Below, in pieces: positions 55,801 through 63,837 of a stretch of DNA of 64,000 bases; within the stretch, counting starts at the first letter, position 1; the number at the start of each line of letters is the position of its first letter. The notes under the pieces are model-generated. The model saw nothing but the letters and a program-made list of their open reading frames with translations. It searched no databases and was not told the origin of the DNA. The position numbers were made by a program, and so were the translations under genes. The DNA lies in the NCBI GenBank assembly GCA_015680685.1, contig MNCI01002249.1, positions 782,424-846,423 of the forward strand, given 5' to 3'. The DNA comes from Gnetum montanum (taxonomy: Eukaryota > Plantae > Gnetophyta).

Positions 55801-57530
55801 CATGAGTACGACTCAATTACGAGCATTGGATGCTTGGTAACCCAGTAGCGTATTCCAGGATTCTGCGCTTGGTAACTCCCGGGTCTAATGTGTACGGCTA
55901 GTTGAGGAATCGGCTGCTCATTGCTAGGCTAGATCGTGTGATAAGTACGACTTAGTTACGAGCACCCACGGGTGTGTACGGCTGGCTAAGGAATCGGCTG
56001 CTTATCACACGTAGGCTAAATAGGTGCCTCAGTACGACCACTTCGAGCACTTGCGTTACGTGTGGCGATCCCAGTAACGATTAGCGTTTGGTAAGCTGCA
56101 GTTGCATAGTTCAGGGTGTGTCCGGTAAGTGGGAACGGATGCTGACGCTAGTTAATTTAGACATACCAACCAAGCCACTACAACAACTCAAATTCTTGGT
56201 GCTACAGCTTCATTTCTTGTAAACACACAATGTCACAATGATCCCTATTCACAATCTCCTTCAAGGCATGTCTCTTGTAGGGGGTGCCCTACCCCCTGCA
56301 GTTCCATGTCATAATCTTCATGATCGCCCATCCGAGCGCTTGTGATAGACCTCTTTAAGGGTCGTTTGAAGGTCCAAATCAATTTCAAGTTGTGTTTGCC
56401 AGTTGCACACTACCGGCGTTGGTGGACAATTGACCTTCCTAATAGCCGTTAACACCCTAAACCCATTGCATGGCTTTGTTGTCAACTAAGAAATCTCCTC
56501 CATTGTAGGCTTGGAGGAGCCTCTAACAACTGACACCCAGCCCCCTAGAGAAGGAAGCTCCATGCTCGGTTGCAAGGGCCTCAACAGGGTGGCAAAACGT
56601 TCCTCATGAGGCATGTCGACTAGGGAGGTCCCCAAAGCCTGACCAGCCCCCTCCTTCACACCAACCGTCGGCACCAGAACTCCCCCACCCCCTAACCCCA
56701 ACATCTTCGTTGGAGCCTTTGGGGACCCTTGCACCAACGTAGCCTACCTCATCCACAATCCCCGCCTGTGCTTCCTTTGGACCTGCAGCCATCCCCTTGC
56801 ATCCCTGTTGTTGCCTGGCACTTGTTCGTTGAGTGACTAGCTTTCCCACAAAATTGACAAGAGTCACCTTTGGACCTAGAATCCTTGCTCTCTGTGAGCA
56901 AATTTTCGTATTCAACGGTAAGCCTATCCTCCCCTAAGGGAAGAGCCAGGACTAAATCCCAAAGCAAGTCCTTGGGAAACAACAACCTCCAAACACAAAA
57001 CCAGGCAAAACCCATCCTTTCCATCATCCGGGTAGGTTTGTCCAAAGCAATAAACTCCCCGAAGTAAGCAGCTAGCAATTTGAAAAAGGTTGGCATCCAA
57101 ACCTCCCAAGGACATCAAACACGCAAATCCAAACCAAAGCCTAGGAGAAAAGATCTTTATCACAGTGCACCCCTGGCCTCCAAGTGGTGAGCACCAACCC
57201 CCGCGCACCAAAAAACAACAAATCCCCCAATAAAATTGGATCTCGGTCCTCAATACAATGGAACACGAAAAGAATGAGGTCCTCAGAGAGGCTTCTCCCT
57301 CCAACATTGTCAAGTCCCCAAGTAGAGACCACCCACTTCCAAATGAGTTCAAGCTTGGGCCTTGGCCCACTCAAGACAAAACAACCAATGCGGGCATGCT
57401 CCATAGTACCCAACGCTTCCTACGAAAAACAAGGAACCTCCAACTACAAAGAACCATCAAGCCTAATGGAGGTTTCGAAGAAACCTCCCCTGCCAAAACC
57501 ATCATGCACACCCCTATCAACTCCACTAGC

Positions 57531-57573
<43 letters not shown>

Positions 57574-60500
57574 NCCAACTCCAACGCTAGCAACCTCGCT
57601 CCCTTCAGCACCTAATCCCACAGCTTCTCCCACAACATCTACCGCCTCTACCATCCACCTAAACTCCATGCTTATACCCTTTAATAAATGCCATGTTCTA
57701 AATAAAGTTGTCCAACAGTAAAAACAAGTAGCACAAAAATAGTAAACCTTACCTCCTAGCTTGTGTGAACGTATTGTATATGTTTTTGAATGTTTTTGTT
57801 AACAAATGTTTGTTTATTTCAAAAATCTTTATTTTAAATCATTTCTAATTATACAATTCCACACAATTCCTGTTGCAATTTTAAGCAATCCGTGATCTAG
57901 AATCTTTTTGCTTGAAAAGGCAATCCATAATCTAATCCACATTATTAATCTATAGTTCCAACTCACAAGCCTTTCCTAACAAGCAATAGTCACCTACATA
58001 GTATACATTATTATAATCAGCAAAGTTAAGTATATGACCTAATATCACCTATAAATGAAGCAGCCAAGCCAAACACCATAGTCATTAGTGAACATTCCAC
58101 ACACAAGTCAAACATTGGGCCCTTCTTAACCATGTGGCTAAATAAGTACAACAAACAACCATGGGGAACTCCTTAGAAGTCATCAACAACAATAGTTCGT
58201 CATCATCATGGTGCCTTTATCCCATCTAAATGGCTAACCCTCAAGGCAAGTGAAGGATTTGCTGATAATTTTCTATGGTTAACTATCTACCTAAATAGCC
58301 TAGAGATAAAATTTTATTATGCCCTCAAGTTGTTAAGTGTCTCAAGCTACTCCTTGGGATCAAACTTGCAACTTGCAAATGACAAACCACATGCTCTAAC
58401 CAAGTGAGCTATGCCTCACTGACAATCAACAATAGTAGATGAAATCTATAAACCACCACGTCAACCTAAGTATGAAAGTCTTTGTAGGTAGACTAATGGT
58501 CCTACTACCTAAACATAGGAAAAACTCTTTGTCGTTGGCCTAGGGAAACAACAATATTGTTGGTCAAGCTCCCATAAATGCCTAGGCCAAATGCCTTTCC
58601 AAATGAATTTTATATAGCAACATGAAGTACATTGAAATTGCATCAAAATAATAAGTATTCATGCAATTTATAGGTTATAGGATGAGATATTTACAAGGTT
58701 AGCCTTCCATTTAGGATATTGCAAATAAAAGCTTTCCAATTAGCACGTTTCTTTTTTTTTTTTAGGAAATGTTTGGGATTAAATTACTGAAAATAAAATA
58801 CAAAATATTACAAAATGTGGGTCAACAACATTGACCCAGGTGGGAGGCTTTTGAGCCTCAATCCATTGTGCCCAACTGTGCACCAGCCGCTTACGTCAAA
58901 AATGCTAAACCATACAAGACCGGTTGGCGCAGGGGGGAGTGTGAGGGGCAAAATGAAACCATAGGGCCCACGGCCGCTCCAAGGGGAGGGGGGGCAAAAA
59001 ACAGCAGTTCTGCTACAGGCTCATCGACAGCCTATGATAGGCACAGTATGGATGTTCGAAAGCATGGAGAATGTCCAACGTGTTATGATGAAGCTCCATG
59101 TCCACAAAGCTGGCGGCCTGTTGGAGTCCTTGCATGGCCAACTCACGCCAATTCCGATCCTCCGTCGACATCCCCTCATCTGGGTGGAAACGCGCTGAGG
59201 TTCAACGAATATGATGCCAAAGCTCCCCCCATGTGCAATCACAGTTGATGCCCAGGATGATGTATGGACAACGTCCAACTCTAAGCCACTAGTGTGCACT
59301 CTGCTCGTGCGCCCGGTATAGCTGGCACTATCTCTGTGCCTCCTCCTCTTGCTCTCGCTCCTACTGAGCTTGTTCAACCGCCTCACGCTCTCTTAGTGCA
59401 GTTTCCTCCTAGACCAGCTCGTCTCGCACTTGGGCCTGGATCTCGTCCACCAAACAGGCCCAGGCCGCATCCGCTAGTAGGGCTTGTTGCCTGATTATCT
59501 CTTGCTCCCTTTCGCGGAAATGGGTTTCCATTTCGGTCTGTGCTTGTGCAAAAGCTTCCTCCCACTTTGCTTTCCACTCCCAGCACTCAACATCACGTGC
59601 CGCGACCGCAACCTCCAGTGTCGCTTGCTGTAGCGCCCCATCCCTACTTTTGTTGCACCCCCACATTTCAGGCGACAATGTCTCCAACACCGCCATGGGG
59701 TTTGGGGTCCTCCATCCCCGATGGTTATGTCGTCTCCTAGTATACGTCACTGCGGGCTAGGTCCACAATCTCTCCCGGCCGGCCGGATGGGATGGGTTAG
59801 ACAGGGAGCCCCCCAGCGGGGGGACATGCTGCAGCCCCAAAGGATGTTGCGCCCCCCCCCCCCCCCCCCCCCCNNNNNNNNNNNNNNNNNNNNNNNNNNN
59901 NNNNNNNNNNNNNNNNNNNNNNNNNNNNNNNNNNNNNNNNNNNNNNNNNNNNNNNNNNNNNNNNNNNNNNNNNNNNNNNNNNNNNNNNNNNNNNNNNNNN
60001 NNNNNNNNNNNNNNNNNNNNNNNNNNNNNNNNNNNNNNNNNNNNNNNNNNNNNNNNNNNNNNNNNNNNNNNNNNNNNNNNNNNNNNNNNNNNNNNNNNNN
60101 NNNNNNNNNNNNNNNNNNNNNNNNNNNNNNNNNNNNNNNNNNNNNNNNNNNNNNNNNNNNNNNNNNNNNNNNNNNNNNNNNNNNNNNNNNNNNNNNNNNN
60201 NNNNNNNNNNNNNNNNNNNNNNNNNNNNNNNNNNNNNNNNNNNNNNNNNNNNNNNNNNNNNNNNNNNNNNNNNNNNNNNNNNNNNNNNNNNNNNNNNNNN
60301 NNNNNNNNNNNNNNNNNNNNNNNNNNNNNNNNNNNNNNNNNNNNNNNNNNNNNNNNNNNNNNNNNNNNNNNNNNNNNNNNNNNNNNNNNNNNNNNNNNNN
60401 NNNNNNNNNNNNNNNNNNNNNNNNNNNNNNNNNNNNCCAGAAAGAACTTGGGCAAGTTAACCCTAACTCCCAATTTAAGGCATTTGAGGAAAGCAAAGTG

Positions 60501-61353
60501 GATGCCTTGGAGTTTTGACCTGTTGCCAAACTGGACAAAAAATCTATCCACAAGATCCGCCACTTGGGCCCAAATCCGGGGCAGAGAGGATTTGGGAATT
60601 TGTCTGCTTTACGTGCGTGGCACCGGCCCATTGAAGAAACTTTCTGCGTCTTGTAGCCCGCGTGTGGAGGGCAGAATGATTTCGCCATCTGCTTTTGAAT
60701 GTTTCTTACAATAACATTACCAAGGCAATTTCCATAAAACTCAAGTATCTCATCAGCAAGATTATTTCAACTGTTTCATTCATACTTTTGCTCAAAGTTA
60801 TAGACTTTATATCACTGCATTTTGCTTGGCAACAAAATATTTCACCAACCTTCTTAGAGCTAAATTTTGGTAAGGTTTATGATTGTGTATACTGAGAGTT
60901 TATAACCAGCATAATCAAATTATCCATTCTAGAAAAAAACTAATAACAACTACATTTGTCCCTTTAAGGGACTGTCATTTGGAGTGATGGTAACATGCTT
61001 GTTTCTCTAGTCAAAGACCTGGGTTCAAGCTTAGGCGCAATCACTCGAAGAGGTTAAACTTTCGCTCATCAACTGACCCTCACAAGAACTACTTAGCGGG
61101 ATGAGCATTGTGGCTTTGGGTGATGATCCTTTTTTTTTATAAAAAGAAACCTATATTTCAAAAACACAGTATGCAAAGAAAATTTCTATACAAATAACCA
61201 AAAGCAATACCAGGACCCATTTTAAGCAATAGTCAAATACAACAGTAACATATAACTTTGTCATAAATTAATTATGCAAACCACTTACATGCTTGAAAAC
61301 CCAAACAGTAAATTCCATTCCAGCACGCTTTATCCTCAAGCTTGACTCAACCC
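7535..61353 (-). CDS. ECM29: ECM29 proteasome adaptor and scaffold protein (HEAT/ARM repeat), 3' part; 26 exons in window, 5' exons outside window
   Basis: Hand-spliced exons give one continuous frame (4529 nt = 2 + 1509 codons including stop). Peptides recalled as typical of plant ECM29: [122 protein letters not shown]-like [28 protein letters not shown]. Exons: 61289-61353, 48351-48438, 48023-48101, 47809-47917, 37214-37273, 36976-37094, 35976-36360, 35701-35885, 35537-35609, 22874-23293, 22349-22699, 20093-20257, 19637-19930, 18269-18445, 17475-17738, 17057-17155, 16683-16867, 15947-16288, 15458-15611, 15249-15359, 14906-15085, 14414-14537, 12724-12876, 12523-12626, 12349-12408, 7535-7717. 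Confidence 0.95.
8388..8556 (+). mobile_element. Au-like tRNA-derived SINE with 21-bp target-site duplication
   Basis: A-box-like TGGAGTGATGA and degenerate B box; TSD gatatgtaagtttYagtaatg at 8367-8387 and 8557-8577; four further copies in window. Confidence 0.8.
8750..11700 (+). mobile_element. Highly decayed AT-rich L1 ORF2 3' fragments (two related copies)
   Basis: Remnants such as RLAGCQGKFLIMARRIQLIHS and KRLEKLECGFLWQD; 8870-9110 resembles 10490-10790, and 9190-9720 resembles 11150-11670. Confidence 0.6.
12349..12408 (-). CDS. ECM29: ECM29 exon (SFNILFPLAQKSITTIKIAK)
   Basis: cag acceptor, gtgcgt donor, 60 nt. Confidence 0.85.
12523..12626 (-). CDS. ECM29: ECM29 exon (VTLSAFYTIQTLYKRV...KLVAE)
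   Basis: AG/GT borders, phase consistent. Confidence 0.85.
12724..12876 (-). CDS. ECM29: ECM29 exon (EDSKYDSF...HPAHSWQ)
   Basis: AG/GT borders, phase consistent. Confidence 0.85.
14414..14537 (-). CDS. ECM29: ECM29 exon (IIRAFGKPEIFNMVLPFL...)
   Basis: AG/GT borders, phase consistent. Confidence 0.85.
14906..15085 (-). CDS. ECM29: ECM29 exon (GKELILEA...YREMAFTSLEK)
   Basis: aag acceptor, gtat donor. Confidence 0.88.
15249..15359 (-). CDS. ECM29: ECM29 exon (SSKAVKMLAE...KEIPGRIWE)
   Basis: AG/GT borders. Confidence 0.9.
15458..15611 (-). CDS. ECM29: ECM29 exon (FNDDKEISRLFEDVWEE...WARKKK)
   Basis: AG/GT borders. Confidence 0.9.
15947..16288 (-). CDS. ECM29: ECM29 exon (VGVARFIGLLVQK...VLFIAR)
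   Basis: AG/GT borders. Confidence 0.9.
16683..16867 (-). CDS. ECM29: ECM29 exon (LHADNVG...GVGLNTR)
   Basis: AG/GT borders. Confidence 0.9.
17057..17155 (-). CDS. ECM29: ECM29 exon (VSGDVIRPHLPDLVSCMLESLSSLEDPNLNYAE)
   Basis: AG/GT borders. Confidence 0.9.
17475..17738 (-). CDS. ECM29: ECM29 exon (VDKYLKRIW...VVKLSK)
   Basis: AG/GT borders. Confidence 0.9.
18269..18445 (-). CDS. ECM29: ECM29 exon (DAMGHIWRSLV...QGRKFNQ)
   Basis: AG/GT borders. Confidence 0.9.
19637..19930 (-). CDS. ECM29: ECM29 exon (LEEDSEVF...RYQYDPDKMIQ)
   Basis: AG/GT borders. Confidence 0.92.
20093..20257 (-). CDS. ECM29: ECM29 exon (EAFSYLLGDQNETTQEVASRG...KRHVK), GC donor
   Basis: cag acceptor; donor AAG|GCAAGT. 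Confidence 0.88.
20365..20556 (-). mobile_element. Second tRNA-derived SINE family copy
   Basis: Reverse complement matches 50540-50730; head-only relatives at about 10890-10955 and 18725-18790; B-box-like GGTTCAATTCC. Confidence 0.6.
22009..22184 (+). mobile_element. Au-like SINE copy with TSD tcatagaatataa
   Basis: Similar to 8388-8556; TSD at 21993-22005 and 22185-22197. Confidence 0.8.
22349..22699 (-). CDS. ECM29: ECM29 exon (VEDVLFSTGEA...LLPEIQ)
   Basis: AG/GT borders. Confidence 0.9.
22874..23293 (-). CDS. ECM29: ECM29 exon (VSNTLMEEC...LFSLSRSK)
   Basis: AG/GT borders. Confidence 0.9.
23691..23765 (-). mobile_element. 3' fragment of Au-like SINE
   Basis: Reverse complement matches the 3' half of the 8388 copy. 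Confidence 0.55.
26058..33345 (-). mobile_element. Ty1/copia LTR retrotransposon remnant: 5' LTR 32678-33345, PBS 32664-32675, gag about 31841-32650, only 16 bp of 3' LTR (26058-26073); pol absent
   Basis: TGTT...AACA termini with 5-bp TSD ttaac (26053-26057, 33346-33350); PBS TGGTATCGGAGC (tRNA-iMet type); copia gag peptides NWNVWK and ALLDSLPDTWS; CCHC knuckle C*FCKKKGHLKKDC. Confidence 0.9.
26074..31810 (+). mobile_element. L1-clade LINE copy A (decayed): ORF1 with DUF4283-like domain, ORF2 EN-RT-zf-RVT, plus C-terminal extension ending in a J-domain
   Basis: ORF1 LLFIF...VLLGGPWF...LTPW...VWMWVSRIPWELW; endonuclease FTWSN, SRID, SDH; RT KAPGLDG, KAYD, LRQGDPLSPLLF, HYADD, YLGIP; LWVAWKARN; extension 30564-31795. 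Confidence 0.92.
34187..35300 (+). mobile_element. Second 5'-truncated RTE LINE directly following the first, with an internal ~200-bp duplication
   Basis: FIDLVKAYD, LCQGSTLSHYLF, WCMFFVNDIVLV, IRPTILYSVECW; tail ggctaa(gat)n at about 35280-35300; 34560-34760 resembles 34768-34960. Confidence 0.85.
35537..35609 (-). CDS. ECM29: ECM29 exon (FEDAHGAICAIGYVLAQCMTGSPM)
   Basis: AG/GT borders. Confidence 0.88.
35701..35885 (-). CDS. ECM29: ECM29 exon (ITAVQWAERLAWLKQFLGH...NKSR)
   Basis: AG/GT borders. Confidence 0.9.
35976..36360 (-). CDS. ECM29: ECM29 exon (EMANHSL...SFKYPQ)
   Basis: AG/GT borders. Confidence 0.9.
36976..37094 (-). CDS. ECM29: ECM29 exon (VESEARRCALHWA...AADDNVDIR)
   Basis: aag acceptor, gtatgc donor. 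Confidence 0.9.
37214..37273 (-). CDS. ECM29: ECM29 exon (DCNDNVSKELEELLLDNAKS)
   Basis: cag acceptor, gtaagt donor. Confidence 0.88.
38860..44810 (+). mobile_element. L1-clade LINE copy B (decayed, near full length) with the same C-terminal extension and J-domain
   Basis: ORF1 GGPWF; ORF2 starts MKVLS*NCKG at 40335; SASGPDG, VDIVKAYD, QADPLSPYLF, AEHYPDD, zf-RVT CLLY...ETMQHLFVHC; extension from 43454; KYHLDK at 44606-44623. Confidence 0.9.
44812..45800 (+). mobile_element. 3' fragment of a different, AT-rich L1 family
   Basis: LPKKYLGIP, LIDKFQTKLAGW, and a zf-RVT remnant (CCHNVCE.../DHALFTC). Confidence 0.7.
47809..47917 (-). CDS. ECM29: ECM29 exon (ENLNMATRLFQALKME...SVAYK)
   Basis: AG/GT borders. 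Confidence 0.9.
48023..48101 (-). CDS. ECM29: ECM29 exon ([26 protein letters not shown])
   Basis: AG/GT borders. Confidence 0.9.
48351..48438 (-). CDS. ECM29: ECM29 exon ([22 protein letters not shown]...)
   Basis: AG/GT borders. Confidence 0.9.
50540..50730 (+). mobile_element. Second SINE family copy
   Basis: Matches the reverse complement of 20365-20556. Confidence 0.55.
51292..51450 (-). mobile_element. Au-like SINE copy
   Basis: Reverse complement matches 8388-8556 (both yield the spurious peptide RNKHL.ITPND). Confidence 0.8.
55395..55483 (+). promoter_or_regulatory. LTR U3 promoter: four GCGATATCGC palindromes followed by a TATA box
   Basis: Perfect palindromes at 55395-55412 (18 bp) and 55436-55459 (24 bp); TATAAATA at 55476-55483; same layout at 1657-1772. 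Confidence 0.7.
55594..56145 (+). other. Array of five covarying hairpins with ten copies of a CGA / GWA(U)CGGC internal loop (putative structured cis-acting RNA)
   Basis: Stems differ in sequence but remain paired (cttgatta/tagtcaag, ctcaatta/tagttgag, cttagtta/tggctaag, ccactt/aagtgg, tctttatt/aataaaga); G-U pairs on the plus strand; cUACGg and cCACGg tetraloops. Confidence 0.8.
58752..60690 (-). mobile_element. L1-clade LINE copy D: 5'-truncated 3' end consisting only of the extension (accessory domain, coiled coil, J-domain with intact HPD) and poly(A) tail
   Basis: KLQGIHFAFLKCLKLGVRVNLPKFFL; EWKAKWEEAFAQAQTEME; CPYIILGINCDCTWGELWHHIR*TSARFHPDEG; poly-T at 58752-58763 on plus; internal N gap 59874-60436. 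Confidence 0.85.
60968..61139 (+). mobile_element. Au-like SINE copy with T tail
   Basis: A box TGGAGTGATGG, B box GGTTCAAGC, gaccct...agcgggatgagc body, T run. Confidence 0.8.
61289..61353 (-). CDS. ECM29: ECM29 exon ([22 protein letters not shown]), most 5' exon in window
   Basis: cag acceptor, gtaagt donor, joins in phase 0 to the exon ending at 48438. Confidence 0.88.
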
Positions 61354-61879
61354 CTGAAACATCCAAACTGTAAGATTCTATCGTAATTGCAAAAGTTGAC
61401 CTATATCTCTATAATGTGTATCTATACAATGTTAAATCATGTCATTATCAATCTGTAAATATATATTATTAGTGGCAAACAGAAAATGTCTCTATAAAGT
61501 GCAGCTGCTGTAAAGTGCAAAGCTAAACATCCCACAGCTAAAACTAAGATAGGTGGCAATAATTTTGTTCCAAACACAAAAAATTCACTAAAAATCAAGA
61601 AAATCATGAAGCAATACAAACAGCAATCTCACTCTTTCAGAATTAACAAAAATAACTAAACATCAACCCTAAGCTTTTGTTAGATATTTATCATTGATAC
61701 TATATTGATGTCACAAAATTGGGAAATTAGGACATTTTTTTAATAAATCATAACTCATGTTAAGATGTGCTCTGACAAAAACATTGAAATGTAATGACCT
61801 GGTCTCCATTATAGCTTATATCACTAAAATGAAACATCAACATAGATGAAAAGATTCCGAAAAGTCATCTTAGATGGTT

Positions 61880-63837
61880 TGTTTGGACCCATCAACAATA
61901 ATAAATTCTACGATCATAAACAAAAATTAGCAAAACAGATTAGCACAACAGAAACAAACCCAACCACACATCTGAAGCCATCATGAACAACAAGAAACTA
62001 AAAGTAAGTCTCAAGCCCCTAGCAAACCAGGGCAAATATTTAAGCAATCAATTCCATTACCCTTAGCTTTTCTTCGAACAGCTGCGATAGCAGTCTGACC
62101 AGTTGCTCCCACCGAAATCATTGCTATTCATCTCATTTTATACATGTAGTTGCTATCAAACTAACTCAAGGTTCATTGAACTAGACATATTCCCCAACTG
62201 CCTAGAAACTTCTAGAAAAGTCTAGTTGATAATATTATTGGCATTGTTATTTATTCTAACAATTACCACCTCGATGCCAACATGAGGAACAAACTTGCGA
62301 ATACACCCCCTTGACTAAATTTCATCTCAAAACGTGCACAATTCAATTTCAGGCCACATTTTGGATCTACATGCACAATAATACATTTGGGCAACAAATT
62401 GGTAAGGACAATCCATCTTGCAAAATTGCAATGAACCCACAAGAACAATATATCCTTTGAAACCAGCAATATCTTGTGAAAATAGCAACAAACCTGTAAA
62501 AACAACATGTCTTGCAAACACAACAAACCCATAAGAATAACCCATCTTGCAAATACAACAATGAACCCACAAGGACAACTTATCTTGCAAACACAGCAAC
62601 AAACCTTATAAGAACAATATGTCTTGGAAAACAACAATGAACCTACAGGAGAAATATGTTTTGTGAAAACAGCAATGAACCTAGTAAGAACAATCTATCT
62701 TGTAAAACAACAACAAACCTACAAGAGAAACTATGGATCACTAAGCCAACCACATATTCTTCTAATCTTCAATCAAGAGGAACTACATTCCAACCACAAT
62801 TGGCTATAAAGAAATCAAAACCACTATCAAAAGGAACTACATTCCAACCACAATTGGTTGCAATCCTCAACACCAAAGTACATTCTTCTCCTCTGCCATT
62901 TATGCTACTATCATAACCCGCAACTTCTGCAACTATGGTCACCCTATATACATCCACACTACCATTGACTTCACTATCATATTGCAATCCTCCTATGTCC
63001 TGTTTCATCATCGTCATCAATGATTGAGTTGTGATAAATCACACAACAACCTTGTTCATCACTAGCCACAACATCATTTTGAATTTGATGCTACCAAAAC
63101 CCTAGAAACTATATTGTTGGACCATATTTCTTGCTGAAACCTCTGCCCACCGGATCCAAAATTGTTATGACATCAATATCTCATTAAAATCAACACTGTA
63201 ACTAATGTGGCCATCACAATTATATTTCACCTAATCATTACACATGTCCTTGTTTATCGGTGTGAAACCCTCATCTACAACAAACAATAAACCAACTTTG
63301 CAAAAAACCCCTGCAGATCATCTACAATAAACCCTTGCAAACAAGCAATGAAGCTATACTTCATATGCACAAACCTTACATCAACTCAAATTTAACAATT
63401 TAATAGCTAAATTTGCAACTACCATTCTTCCACTTTACAACATCACCATACCTTCATCACCAATGTATAATCATATAAGCTCCAATACCATTGTGTTGCT
63501 ACATCTAACTTATCATTCAATTCTTACCACTATTAGGGCCCATTAACAATAACAGATTCTGCAATTGTAAACAAAAATTACCACAACAAATCAGTGCAAT
63601 AGAAACAAAAGCAACCACACATCTGAGGCCATCATGAAAGGCAAGAAACCAAAAGTAAGCTCTGAGCCCCTACCAAACTAGGACAAACACCCAAGCAATC
63701 AGTTCTATTACCCTTCATCTCATTTTATACATGTGGTTGCTTTCAAGCTAACCCAAGGTTCACTAAACCTAGACATTCTCCAATCACCTAGAAAATTCCA
63801 GTGGCTAAGATCATTTGCATTGTTATCAATTCCAATA
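61880..63837 (-). mobile_element. Old non-coding LTR element (TRIM/LARD-like) inserted in an RTE fragment
   Basis: Diverged direct repeats 61880-62261 and 63531-63837; PBS-like TGGTATTGGAGC at about 63479-63490 on minus; PPT-like gaggtgg at about 62265-62271 on minus; internal ~40-bp degenerate tandem repeats at 62380-62720; flanks rejoin RTE-type SHLRW / GHVLR. Confidence 0.55.

Larger units (their letters stand above)
55373..56165 (+). mobile_element. Solo LTR (793 bp) inserted in the endonuclease domain of L1 copy C
   Basis: TG start; end TA (probably a decayed CA); imperfect 5-bp TSD ccacc/ccaac; removing it restores the L1 reading WLGWHAE; TATAAATA at 55476; homologous LTR at 1639. Confidence 0.85.
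52105..57690 (-). mobile_element. L1-clade LINE copy C (decayed), interrupted by a solo LTR; 3' end stops within the first domain of the extension
   Basis: ORF1 RSLSEDLILFVF...FFGARGLVLTTW and CQFCGKASHSTNKC knuckle; ORF2 MKIMTWNCRG at 56321; YTWSNW, SRIDRVW, GDPLSLYLF, AEHYADD, WTNRFLTRKG; extension peptide LWDLVHCVRWESLLPKLVGDSAMPNGKFFANW. Confidence 0.9.

Noticed and set aside
55724-56145. CRISPR-like repeat-spacer appearance, or a loop-E (AGUA/GAA) motif
   Set aside because: Eukaryotic LTR context with no cas genes; the variable parts are self-complementary stems, not spacers; the AGUA/GAA register conflicts with the covarying stems
58350-58420. tRNA-like sequences (also about 10890, 18725, 36660, 37395)
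   Set aside because: Degenerate A/B boxes without an intact cloverleaf; better explained as SINE heads
59721-60688. Long ORFs of 265-313 aa and poly-Pro/Gly ORFs (also 26348-27448, 57184-57615, 31695-31955)
   Set aside because: Length is due to N gaps and poly-C runs; they are fragments of TE frames
62263-62637. Cys-rich ORFs on the minus strand
   Set aside because: Translation of a degenerate minisatellite in all three frames
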